From the NCBI GenBank assembly GCA_000004695.1, contig CM000154.2:3936001-4000000 (forward strand): a stretch of DNA of 64,000 nucleotides, in the 5' to 3' direction. The DNA comes from Dictyostelium discoideum (Eukaryota). This document shows, in pieces, positions 29,683 through 47,669 of this stretch. Position 1 is the first letter of the stretch. Every line of letters starts with the position of its first letter. The notes beneath the pieces were generated by a model, which was not told the DNA's origin, ran no database searches, and was given only the letters and a program-made list of their open reading frames with translations. The position numbers and the translations under genes are program-made.

Positions 29683-29920
29683 AATTAATTATTATGAATT
29701 TAAAATTTACATAATATACTATAAAAAGTATATATTTTATTATTATTATTTATAAAATTATTTACTTTTTAATATTCATTAATTCTTCACACATTTTATT
29801 GAATGAATCTAAAATATCGGTTTGAAGTTTATCATAATCATTTCTTTGTGAAAATAATAATTTTTGAAACTCTTCTTTATTTTCAAATATAGAAAGAATT
29901 TGTTCGGCTGAAAATGTCAT
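22340..29920 (-). CDS. Separase (separin, peptidase C50). Proposed exon model: join(22340..28492,28642..28781,28857..29635,29766..29920), minus strand, ~2408 aa.
   Basis: C-terminal caspase-like catalytic domain with the His and Cys boxes: FFYMGHGSGEQYF and VLMGCKSGHL. The N-terminus is a long helical-repeat region with poly-Q/N inserts. Upstream exons were joined using a GTAAAT donor at 29765, AG at 29636, GTATGA donor at 28856, CAG at 28782 and GTATGT donor at 28641. The phases sum to 7227 nt. The acceptor of the large exon (28492 or 28483) is uncertain. Confidence 0.7.
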
Positions 29921-30057
29921 TTTTATTTTTTTTAATTATGTGCGTAATATTTTATTTAGACATTCAACAATTTTATTTTATTTTTATAATATTTAAATAT
30001 ATATTTATATGTATAATCTTTTGTTTGTGTTTTTAACTTTATAAAGTTATTTATTAC

Positions 30058-30082
30058 TAATATTATTATTATTATTATTTAA

Positions 30083-30135
<53 letters not shown>
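30058..30135. repeat. (ATT)n microsatellite, intergenic.
   Basis: About 26 ATT units, visible directly. Confidence 0.9.
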
Positions 30136-30549
30136 TTTTGTAGGTGAATTAAATTGAAAAACACCAATGGATTGTGAAAAAAGAAATGAAAAAAATAAAA
30201 AAAATTATGAAAAAAAAAATGGTTGGAAAAAAGGAGAAAAAAAAAAAGGCGCCAAATAAAATTTTTAAAAGGGGACTTTTCCTAAATAGATACTCGAATA
30301 AAATAAAAATATATATATTTAGATTACTTTTTTTTTATTATAATGTTTTTTTTTTTTTTTTAATTTTTAATTTTTTTTTTTTTTATTTTTTGGGTGTGGT
30401 ATTTAGTCAAGTATAAATATTTTTTTGTTTTTTTTTTTTTTTTTATTTTTTTTTTATTTTATTTTTTGGGTGTGGTATTTGTTTTGTTTGTTTGGGTTTT
30501 TTGGTTATGATTGATTTAAGATTTTTTTTGATTTTTTTGATTATTTTTT

Positions 30550-30585
<36 letters not shown>

Positions 30586-30620
30586 ATATTGACACTGCAA
30601 ATATGGGAGTGATTTCACTT

Positions 30621-31077
30621 TTAATTCCAAATCATTTCACCATTTGCTTTATTAAAGAGGGTATCTTTACCATTCAAATGCATAATGCCATCTTTAAAAT
30701 TACATTTTCTCTTATTCTTTATTCTTGATACTTTTTCATATTGACAAAGTACAAAATGTTCGATAATTGGATCTGGGTCGTCATCATCGTCGTCATCTAA
30801 ATCACTACCCAATGAGTCCTCCTCAACTTTACCACCTCCTCCACCAATTTCTTCATCCTATTTTTATATAAATTTAAATTAAAGCAATTAGTATAGGCAA
30901 AATAAAACACAACTCCAATAACAATGATGATAATAATAATAATAATAATAATAACTTACATCCAAATCATCATCATCATTAAGCCCATCATTTTGAGGGA
31001 TAACTTCATCACCATTAAAATTAAAATTCTTTTTAAAACCATCTATAATTAATTTATCTATATTATCTTTATTATTT

Positions 31078-31111
<34 letters not shown>

Positions 31112-31848
31112 CGTCATCGTTATCACTTTCATCCAAAGTACCATCATTTTGTGGCATTGGATTCATAATACTTCTTAAAGAGGATGGTAAATTATTATTA
31201 TTACTGCTATTACTGCTATTATTACTGTTATTATTATTATTATTGTTGTTGCTACCATTACTACTATTCATTGTTGGCGAAGTTCCATTTGAAACCTCCT
31301 TTTGTGGGGGTAAATATTGTTGTGGATTTCCAAATGTTGATGTTGTTGTAGTTGTAGTGGTTTGTGATTTATTATTTAATTGAATTAAACTATTTAATGT
31401 ATTTCTAACATTTTCATGCTATTATTAAAATAAAAATAAAAATAAAAATATAAAAAAATAAAAAAATAAACGTTAATATTAGAATTTTAGATTTTTGGGT
31501 GAGTTTCATTTGAAATATACCTCAACTGTTGATAATGTAGATTGTGGTTGAGTTGTTGTTGTAGTTGCTGTTGTTTCATCAGGATCATTTTGATTACTAA
31601 TTGCACCTGTTTGTGTTAATCTATCTAACCACATCTAATTATAAACAAAAAAAATAATAATAAAACGTAAGTAAGATGAATGATATTTATTATTTTATTT
31701 ATTTATTTATTATTAAGATAGTTACAGTTTGAATTTCATCAATAATACTCTCGTCAACATTTTCAGTGTCGGAATCATTCTTTATATTGCTCTTTATATT
31801 TCTGATTACATCGAAAACAATATATTTATAAACACTGTCTACACTCAT
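30621..31848 (-). CDS. Transcription factor TFIIA large subunit. Exon model: join(30621..30857,30960..31418,31521..31634,31726..31848), minus strand, ~310 aa.
   Basis: N-terminal four-helix-bundle motif SVYKYIVFDVIRNI...DESIIDEIQT/MWLDRLTQTG. Acidic poly-D linker. C-terminal beta-barrel domain DPIIEHFVLCQYEKVSRIKNKRKCNFKDGIMHLNGKDTLFNKANGEMIWN. Donors GTAACT, GTATAT and GTAAGT. Total 933 nt, in frame. Confidence 0.8.
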
Positions 31849-32273
31849 TATGAATTTATATGTATATAGTGGTGTATGTGTATGTGTAAAAAAAAAAAAA
31901 TAAAAAAATAAAAAAATAAAAAAATGAAGGTTCAATTAATTTACAAAAAAATAAAATAAAATAAAATTAAAATTTTAAAAATAATAAAGAAAGAAAAAAA
32001 AAAAAAAAAAAAAAAGGTGTAAAAATTTGTATTTATTTATTTATTTATATGAATTTATTAAATTTTTTTTGAATGATTGTGTTGGGTGATATCTTATTTT
32101 TTATTTTTTATTTTTTTATTTTTTTTATAAACACAAAAATTAATTAAAAAAAAAAAAAAATTCAAAAGAAAAATGTGAAATTAAATAGATTTATAAATAT
32201 ATATAAAAAGGTAAATATATATATATAAACTATTGTGCGAAATGACCAAAAAAAAAAAAAAAAATTTGAAAAT

Positions 32274-32317
<44 letters not shown>

Positions 32318-32558
32318 AAAAAAAAAATTAAAAAATTAAAAAAAAAGAATTTAAAAAAAATTTTTAAATTAAATTTTTTTATTTTTTATTTTATTTTTTT
32401 GAAAAAAAAAAAAAAAAAAAAACATATGTGTACACCATTTTTTGATTATTAAAAAAAAAAAAATTACTATTTAGAGAAATAAAATAAATTAATAAATTTT
32501 TGAAATTTTTAATTTTTTATTTACAAATTATTATTTTTTTTTTTTTTTTTTTTTTTTT

Positions 32559-33464
32559 CTAATCAAAATTTGTTGAGGTTGTTAGAGTTTTAAAATTATT
32601 TAAATCTGATTGAATAGAGGTAACTTTTTTATTGAAAAAATCTATAGTTTCAGGACCCAAAAATAAATGAAGTGGAGGTGAAGTATTATTATCTAATGAG
32701 AGATCTATTAAAATGTTCATTGCTTTTTTAGGATCACCATTGAATGTCCAATTGGGTTTATCATTAACAGCCTCTCTGACATTTGAATAACAATCCAATG
32801 GATTATCAGAAGAGGTAGCAGATTCTTGAATACTAGTTTTAAAGAAACCAGGTTTCACACAAGTCACATGAACATTATGTGGCTTCATTTCCATATGCAA
32901 CGACTCGCTGATTGCCTCCATGGCGAATTTGGTCGACGAATAGGGCGAAGATCCCGCTGACAAATTCAAAATACCAGCAATTGAAGAGATGTTATAAACC
33001 CTGCACCCGCCATACTTGTTGGTCTTGGTGTACTCCCTTAGCAGTGGCAAAGCGTTACGCAACACATTTAACATGCCGAAGAAATTCGCGTCGAATATAT
33101 CACGATACTCCCTATCTGACAACTCCTCAACAGCGCCCAGTCTGAGGTAACCACTGTTATTAACGACTACATCCAATCTACTGAATTTCGATATTGTTTC
33201 AAGTAAACTTGATTTTACACTTCCTTCATCCACCAAATCAACTTGACAAATTAATAATTGTTTACCATGTTCTTCTTTTGATAGTCCTGTAACTTCACCT
33301 TGATTTAAATCTTTATTAAATATTTTCTTTTCTAAATTCTCTTTATTTCTAGTTGTTGCTGTGACTTTAAAACCTCTTTTAATTAATAATACTGTTAATA
33401 TAAATCCAAATCCTTTTGAACATCCTGTAATATACCATACAAAATTTTTATTAAATTCTTCCAT
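32559..33464 (-). CDS. Short-chain dehydrogenase/reductase (SDR family), single exon.
   Basis: TGCSKGFGF glycine-rich NAD(P)-binding motif, NNSG, and the catalytic YSSTK (YxxxK). 301 aa. The central third has anomalous GC-rich codons (see findings). Confidence 0.85.
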   Translation of the reverse strand: MEEFNKNFVWYITGCSKGFGFILTVLLIKRGFKVTATTRNKENLEKKIFNKDLNQGEVTGLSKEEHGKQLLICQVDLVDEGSVKSSLLETISKFSRLDVVVNNSGYLRLGAVEELSDREYRDIFDANFFGMLNVLRNALPLLREYTKTNKYGGCRVYNISSIAGILNLSAGSSPYSSTKFAMEAISESLHMEMKPHNVHVTCVKPGFFKTSIQESATSSDNPLDCYSNVREAVNDKPNWTFNGDPKKAMNILIDLSLDNNTSPPLHLFLGPETIDFFNKKVTSIQSDLNNFKTLTTSTNFD

Positions 33465-33915
33465 ATATTTTTTATTTTTTTATTTATTTATTTTTTTATT
33501 TTTTTATTTGTATATTTATTTATATGTGTAAAATTTTATGTATCTATTTTTTTTTTTTTTTTTATCTCCAGTGGTGGTATTGAATAATAAAATTAAATAA
33601 AATAAAATAAAAAATAAAAAAATAAAAAAAAATGATATTGAAAAAAAAAACTAAACCCAATGTCAAAGTTTTTTTTTTTTTTTTATTATTCCGAAAAATG
33701 AAGAAATTATTTTTTTTTATTCAGAAAGTTGAAGAAATTGTTTTATTATTCCGAAAGTTGGAGAAATTGTTTTTTTTTTTTGTAATTTGGTCTAAATTAA
33801 TGAAAAAAAAAAAAAATATCCTGGTGAAAAAAAAAAAAAAAAAATATCCTCTAAAAAATATCTTAAAAACAAAATTTTATAAAAAAAAAATAGTAAATTT
33901 TAAAAAATTAAATGT

Positions 33916-35698
33916 TTATTTCTTTTGTTTCTTTTTAGCTTTTTTATCTTCTTCAGATTCTTCCTCTGATTCATCTGAAGCAGAACCTTCATCAGACTCA
34001 GAACCAGACCTATAATTTTGGAGAGAAAAAAAATTAAATATGTTAGAAAGAGATTTTTTTTTTTTTTTTTTTTTTTATAAAAATATAAAGGCATACTCTG
34101 AAGGTTCATAATCATCATCATCAGAATCATCATCATCTATTATCATTGCAGGACCAGTAGTAACTGGATTTAAAATTGATAATTTCTTTTCTTTAAGGAA
34201 ATTGAAAAGACTTGGATATTCTTCACGTTGGATATTTACAAATTGAATGGAAGTTGAGTTCTTTAGATTGATAGATAAATCGAATGTACGATTACTACCA
34301 CCCCTAACGGATGGTGCACCATAACGAGCAAATTCAATGTTTGAGATATCTTCAAATTTAATATAGGTTGGTGGTTTATGAACAAAAAAGAAACATCTCT
34401 CCAATGGATATAAATAACCTTCATTGGCTTTCAATGAACATTTGATAGAGTTTGCACCTGAGTCCGATTGGAAATTACCAGGAATTGTGATTTTCTTGCC
34501 AGTCAATGCTTTAAGGATCTTACAAATGAGTGCATTGGCATTACCATTCATAATTGGTGAGAGTTGATCTTTGAATTTCTGTTGAAGTTCATCGGTTAGA
34601 TTTAATTCGAGATGAATGTTCTCCTCTGCTTGGAATTGAATGACTAAATGGGCGTATTTAGTTTGACCTTGACGAATGGGTGGGTCCAAGGAGATGATGA
34701 AAAAGATATGTTTTTGGTCTGGTCTAAAGAATTGAAAGAGACGTGAAATACTCTCATAGGGCACTTTATAGTCATGAGTTTTACCATGAAGTTTAAGGAA
34801 TGTTGGATACATTTCAATATCGATACGACCTCTTGGTGTAAGGAATTGAATGGCAGAGAATACAACCAAACTCTTACCAACATTCGATACCATATCTGAT
34901 TTATTCATAATGGTTTGTTGGAATTGCTCCAATGCACTAATCTCCTCCTCCTTTTCTGCATCCTCTTCATCCTCCTCATCCTCTTCGCCATCCTCGCCCA
35001 CCTTCTTTTCTTTACCACCTTCTTCACCCTCTTTCGATGGTCTAATTGGTGTGAAAAAACGCATCTCTACCATTGTTTCATCATCGTCATCCATTGCTTT
35101 ATCATGATGAAATTCCAATGTTAATTCATTTTTATTGTTTGCACCAATGACCGATTGTGATACTTCAGAGATTGGAAATTCAAATCCAACCTTACCATGA
35201 TCAGTGGTAAATTGAATCATTGGTCCATTGACTTTAACCTCACCCCAATTACAACCTTTACTTGATAATTCGATAATTTCCAATGGTGATACATTATATT
35301 GATCTGATAAATACTTTCTAACTACTTCATAATCTTGTTCTTTAAATCCATCAAATTTAACTGTTGCACCACCTTTAATCGATAATATTAATTGAAATAT
35401 TCTTGGTGTAACTCTAGCCCAATTTGCTCTCTTTATATCTGATGATGAAACTGTTTCAATTTTACCATTCTCCGATTTCCATGTTATATTATTTGTTGTA
35501 AATTTTAAAATACCTCTAGTCTAATAATAATAAAAATAAAAAAAATTAATATATTTATAATTTTTGAGAAAGTATTTAGAAAATTAATAATAAAAATTAA
35601 CTATATTATATATTTTTTTATGATGAAATTTACTCCACTAATTCTACCACCTAATGAAATATTATTAAATTGTGATACTGGATTTGAAGATGAGCTCA
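33916..35698 (-). CDS. FACT complex subunit SSRP1/Pob3-like, lacking an HMG box. Exon model: join(33916..34009,34097..35520,35633..35698), minus strand, ~527 aa.
   Basis: Colinear with SSRP1 as I recall it: KGCNWGEVKVNG, TLEFHHDKA...MVEMRFF, FLTPRGRIDIEMYPTFLKLHGKTHDYKVPY, GNFQSDSGANSIKCSLKANEGYLYPLERCFFFVHKPP. The 22-codon first exon MSSSSNPVSQFNNISLGGRISG ends in a GTAAAT donor. The 3' micro-exon encodes an acidic/basic tail ESGSESDEGSASDESEEESEEDKKAKKKQKK, reached through a GTATGC donor at 34096. Confidence 0.8.
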
Positions 35699-36262
35699 TT
35701 TTTTTTTTATTTTTTTTTTTTTATTTGTTTTTATATATATAAATCTACAGTAATATATATAAAATAAATATATTATTAAATATATGTTTTCTAAAAAAAG
35801 AAGAAAAACTAAAAAAAAAAAAAAACAAAAAACAAAAAACAAATATGACAAATTTTAATAAAAATAAATAAAAAAAAAAAAAATAAAAAAAAAAATAAAT
35901 AAAAAAAAAAAAATTTTAAAAAAAAAAAAAAAAATTCAAAAAAAAAATAGTTTAACGAGAAATCTTTTTTTGGCGCCACACCACACACTTTTTGATTGAA
36001 TGTTTAATAATAATGTATTAAACATTATTATCTTTATTAAAATATTTTAAATGTTTGGCTAAATAATAATTATCACCACATGATTGGAAAGTTATGATAC
36101 TAATTATAAAACAACCCAAATTCAATATTTTATTATTTTTTTTTTTTTTAAAATTTTAAAAAAAAAACAACTGGAAATTTTCTGGAAAAAGTTGGATTTT
36201 TGTGAAAATTTGGTAATGAAAAAGGAAAGGTTGGAATTGAAAGAAGAATACTTTTCCCGTTA

Positions 36263-36313
<51 letters not shown>

Positions 36314-36699
36314 AATAATCGTTGGCAAAAAAAAAAGAAAAAATAAAAAATAAAAAAAAATAAAAAATAAAAAATAAAGGGAAAAAAAAAAAAATTTAAG
36401 AAAAGTCTTTTGAATCTTTAAATTTTGAAGCTGTTATGTTGGAACTGATCTTGTTTTAAAACAAAAGATAATAATTTAGATATCATCAATTTTGTGCCCA
36501 TAAACAAATAGTTTTTATTTTTTTTTTTTTTTTTTTTTGTCAGTCCTGTTTTTTTTTTTTTTTTTTTTTTTTTCAAGTGATGATTATTTTATTTTTCATT
36601 TTTTTTTTTTATTTTTTTTTTGATTTTTTTTTTTTTTTTTCTTTAACCTCTTGTGTATTCACCTCACTGATGACGTTTGAACATTATTTTAATTCAAAG

Positions 36700-36735
<36 letters not shown>

Positions 36736-37177
36736 CAAAATCAGAAATAAAAAATAATCAATGGAAACATATTCTATCTTTTTTTTTTATTTTAATTTTT
36801 TATTTTAATTTTTTTTTTTATTTTTTTATTTTTTAAAGTTAAAAAAATGTTAATTCAAATTTGAAAAAATGGGATGGGTCGTTGAGATATTTCCAAAATT
36901 TTTTTTTTTTTTTTTTTTTTAACCCAAAAAATCGCATTGCAAAAATAAAAAAAAAAAAAAAAAATTAAATAATTAGAAAATTAATCAGCTGATTCTGTTC
37001 AACTTTTTTAAATGACAATTGAAAAGATTTTTATTTTAAAATTTTTTTTATTTTTTAATTATTTTTTATTTTAATTTTTTTTTTTTTTTTTTCATTTTTT
37101 TCACCATCAGTATAAAAACTTTTTTTTTTTTTTTTATTTTATTTTTTCATTTAGAATATTTTAGATTAAAAAACAAA

Positions 37178-39140
37178 ATGAGAGTTTTGTTACTTTTAGT
37201 TTTCCTCGTATTTTGTATCATTCCAGCAGCTCTCTCATTCAGAGACACCAACTGGAGCAAATACAACAGAGCTGGTAAAAAAGAAACTGTAGATTTCCGT
37301 ATTGCACTCAATCAAAGAAATTTAGATGTCTTAGAAAATACTTTATTGGATGTTTCTAACCCAGAATCACCAAATTATGGTATGTGTCAAAATAAAAAAA
37401 ATAAAAATAAAAAAATAAAAAAATAAAATTTTTTTTTTTAAGATTTAAAACTAATAAATATTTTTTTTTATTTTTATTTATTTAATTAAATTTAAATAAA
37501 ATCAAAACCAAAAAAAAAAAAAAAAAAAAAAAAAAAATTCTATAGGTAAACATTGGACTTCTGAACAAGTTGCTGATTTAGTTGCACCAGAACCATACGT
37601 TTCAAAGAAAGTTGCAAATTATTTAAAAAAGAATGGTTGTCACAATGTTGAAAATCATCGTGATTACATTAAAGCAACTGGTCCAGTTGATTCAGTTGAA
37701 AAGATTTTCTCAGTTGAAATGTACAATTACAAACATAATATTAAATCCGATCAAGCTATCATTCGTTCATCAGAAACCTATCAAGTTCCATTTGAAATCT
37801 CTCAATATGTTCACATTGTTTCTGGTATCTCTGAACTCCCACATCTCAAGAGTGGTCCAAAATCACAAAGATTAAGACCAAATCCAAAGGATTTCCAAGC
37901 TACTCCAGCCCCAGCTGGTCCAGCTGATCCAGGTATGGTCGTTCCACAAACCATCCAACAACTCTATGGTATTCCATCAAACTACCAAAACAACCAAAAC
38001 ACTTCACTCTGTTTAGCTGAATTTGCTGCAGATCGTTCATACCAACCAAAGGATCTCAAGACCTTTGCCGCCAAGACTGGTACTCCATTAATCAATGTTG
38101 TTAAGAATGTCGGTCCATTCCAACCAACTCAACCAGATCTTGAATCAACCCTCGACGTTCAATATGGTGGTGCCACTGCACAAACTGCCGATGTTTGGTT
38201 CTGGACTGTCAACGGTTGGATGTACGAGTTCTCATCAGATCTCGCCGCCACTGTCCCAGCTCCATACGTTGTCTCAATGTCATGGGGTTGGCCAGAACCA
38301 TTACAATGTCAACAAGGTATTGGTAACTGTACCGATGGTGAATCATCACAAGACTACGTCAACCGTGTTAACATTGAATTCCAAAAGATTGGTCTCCGTG
38401 GTATCACCCTTTTAGCTTCTTCAGGTGATCAAGGTGCCCCAGGTGATGGTAATCCATCATGTACCTCAAGAGATCAACCAATCTCAACCATTTTCCCAGG
38501 TGCCTCCCCATGGGTTACCTCTGTTGGTGCTACCATGTTAGCTGCCCCATCCACCAGCAATCCAAATCCAATCGATACTTCTGATGCCCCAGTCTGTGGT
38601 ATCCACGCTTGTGCTACCTCAACTCAAGAAGTTACCTGTTCATCTCCATCCGCTTTGATCACTACTGGTGGTGGTTTCTCCAACTACTCCCCACAACCAG
38701 CATGGCAATCAAAAGCTGTCAATGCTTACCTCAACTCTGGTGTTGTCTTACCAAACAAAAAATTCTTTAACGCTTCAAACCGTGGTTTCCCAGATGTCTC
38801 TGGTTTAGGTCACAACTACTACATTGTTGCCGCCGATCAAATGAACTTAGTCGATGGTACCTCTTGTTCATCACCAGTCATTGGTGGTATTGTTGCCTTA
38901 TTAAACAGCTATCGTTTAGATAATGGTAAATCAACCCTCGGTTTCATTAACCCAGTCTTATATGCTGCTTACGCCTCTAACCCAGCTGCCTTCAATGATA
39001 TCACCGTTGGTAACAATTATTGTACTGAAAGCTGTTGTGCTACCACTGGTTTCGTTGCCACCAAAGGTTGGGATGCTGTCACTGGTTTAGGTTCACCAAA
39101 TTTCAAACCATTATTATCATACATTCAATCTTTAAATTAA
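37178..39140 (+). CDS. Sedolisin / tripeptidyl-peptidase I-like serine protease (peptidase S53) precursor. Exon model: join(37178..37379,37546..39140), ~598 aa.
   Basis: Signal peptide MRVLLLLVFLVFCIIPAALS. Prodomain motif WTSEQVADLVAP. Catalytic motifs SGDQGA and GTSCSSP. GTATGT donor at 37380 and TATAG acceptor at 37545, joining in phase 1. Confidence 0.85.
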
Positions 39141-39208
39141 ATAAATAAAATTATTTAATAATAAAAATAAAATTAATAATATTATCTAAAAATATCTAAA
39201 AATTGATT

Positions 39209-39240
<32 letters not shown>

Positions 39241-39306
39241 TTGTGATTTTCTAAATTTTTTTTTTTTTTTTTAGATATTTTATTTTTTAAAAAAAAAACA
39301 GAAATA

Positions 39307-40386
39307 ATGAATATAAAAAAAGATACAAATATTTTATTTTTAAAAGTTTGGAGAAATATTGTAATAAGAGAAATTATTTTATATCATTTAAGATTGTTTA
39401 AAAGCAATTTTATTTTTAAAATTAATAATGTAAAAGGATTTAATAATAAAAAGAATAAATATTATGTACAAAAGATTGAAATTAATTTCAATGTTGAATT
39501 AAAAGAAGATATATTCTCAAAATACTTAAATTTAACATCTTTAAAATTTTCAAATAAATTTAATAAATCAATTGATAATTTAACATTAACAAATAATATT
39601 AAATATTTAGAATTTGGTAATTTATTTAATCAATCACTAAAACCATTGGATCAATTATTTCAACCTAATAATTCACTTGAATCAATAAAGTTTGGTAATA
39701 ATTTTAATCAAAAACTTATATTTAATAATAATATTGAAAATCAATCAATTTTATTCACCCACTTGAAAACTTTAAAATTTGGAATTTATTTTAATAAACC
39801 ACTTTTTAATATACCAAATTCAATAACACATCTTGAATTTGGTAGAGAATTTAATCAAGATTTTTCATTTTCTAGTAACAATGGTGATGGAGGTGATAGT
39901 GGTGATGGTGGTGAACAGCCAAATTTAAAATGTTTAAAATTTGTGGGTAGATATAATAAGATTTTAAAGGTTGGTCAACTTCCATCATCATTGAAAATAC
40001 TTTATTTGTCAGATCAATTTAATTTGAAATTATTTAAAGGTATGTTACCAGAAGGTCTTGAAGAATTATATTTCCAATCAAGTTATAATCAAGAATTAAA
40101 ACCAAATGAATCAATACCATCAACTGTAAAATTAATAAAATTATCATATTCATTTAATCAAGAATTATCAGTAGGTGTTTTCCCACCAAATATTGAAACT
40201 ATTATATTTGGTGAATTATTTTCAAAACCAATTAAAATAGGTATTATACCAGAGAGTGTTAAATATTTAAAATTACCAAAATTTTATAAAACATATTTAA
40301 CATACTTACCTCAACCACCAGCCATTAGTGAACTTTATTCAATTCCACCAAATTCTTATAAAAATTTATCATTTTATGAAAATTAA
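39307..40386 (+). CDS. FNIP-repeat-containing protein.
   Basis: About ten tandem copies of the ~22-aa FNIP unit (L.FG..FNQ.L....LP.S...L.F). This repeat is characteristic of Dictyostelium. Confidence 0.7.
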   Translation: MNIKKDTNILFLKVWRNIVIREIILYHLRLFKSNFIFKINNVKGFNNKKNKYYVQKIEINFNVELKEDIFSKYLNLTSLKFSNKFNKSIDNLTLTNNIKYLEFGNLFNQSLKPLDQLFQPNNSLESIKFGNNFNQKLIFNNNIENQSILFTHLKTLKFGIYFNKPLFNIPNSITHLEFGREFNQDFSFSSNNGDGGDSGDGGEQPNLKCLKFVGRYNKILKVGQLPSSLKILYLSDQFNLKLFKGMLPEGLEELYFQSSYNQELKPNESIPSTVKLIKLSYSFNQELSVGVFPPNIETIIFGELFSKPIKIGIIPESVKYLKLPKFYKTYLTYLPQPPAISELYSIPPNSYKNLSFYEN

Positions 40387-40415
40387 TTAATTAATTAATT
40401 ATAATAATAATAGCG

Positions 40416-40448
<33 letters not shown>

Positions 40449-40951
40449 TTCTATTAATAAATAATATTTTCACATTCTATTGATAAAAACATTCAAATCT
40501 GACACACTTAATTTTATTTATTTAAGTATATAAAAATAGAGCACCATCCATAAACCTTTTCACCAAATTTGTATGTTTTAAACCCCAGGTTTCCTCAAAA
40601 ATTAATTTAAACTATTTTTTTTTGATTTTTTTTAATTTTTTAATTTTTTTTTAATTTTTTTTTTTTTTTTACAAAATTTTATTTTTTTAATTTTTTAATT
40701 TTTTTTTTTTATTTTGTCGAATCATTACATATGTGGTCAATTCACATATACTCTATTGCCATACTATTTAATTTTATTATTAATAAACCATCTATATAAC
40801 CAATAATAATATAATAGTAAAAATATACTAAATAGTTATCTAATAATTTATAAATTTCACTAAAAAAATAAAAAATAAAAAATAAAATAAAAAACAAAAA
40901 AAAAAAAACTAAAACACTAAAACACTAAAACACTAAAACTTTTAAAAAAAA

Positions 40952-47217
<6,266 letters not shown>

Positions 47218-47669
47218 ATTAAAAAATAAAAAATTAAAAAATATATATAAAAATATAAAAATAAACTTTGGTCCATTCAAAAAATAAAAAAATAAAAAAT
47301 TCTAAAAATAAAAAAAAAGATAAAACTCCCACTTCCAAGATTGTTTCCAAAAAAAGATAAAACTTATCAACAAAGTTGTTTTTTTTTTTTATTTTTATTT
47401 TTATTTTTTTTTCATTTTATTTTTTTTTTAATTTTTTTTTTTAATTTTCAGTGGGCAACACTTTTTTTTTTTTTTTTTTAAATTGGTTGCAACATATAAT
47501 TTCCCCCCAAAATAAAAAATAAAAATAAAAAAAAAAAAAAAAACAATAATTATTTAATTTTATGTAGTTAAAATCATATATTCATTTTATATTAGTTTTA
47601 TAAATACAATCAAACATAATAATAATAAATAATAATAAATAATAATATTGAAAACAAATTAAAATAAAA

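Noticed and set aside
33632-34136. ORFs 33632..34015(+) and 33900..34136(-).
   Set aside because: Low-complexity K/F-rich translations of A/T tracts. The real coding use of this region is the minus-strand SSRP1 3' micro-exon (33916..34009).
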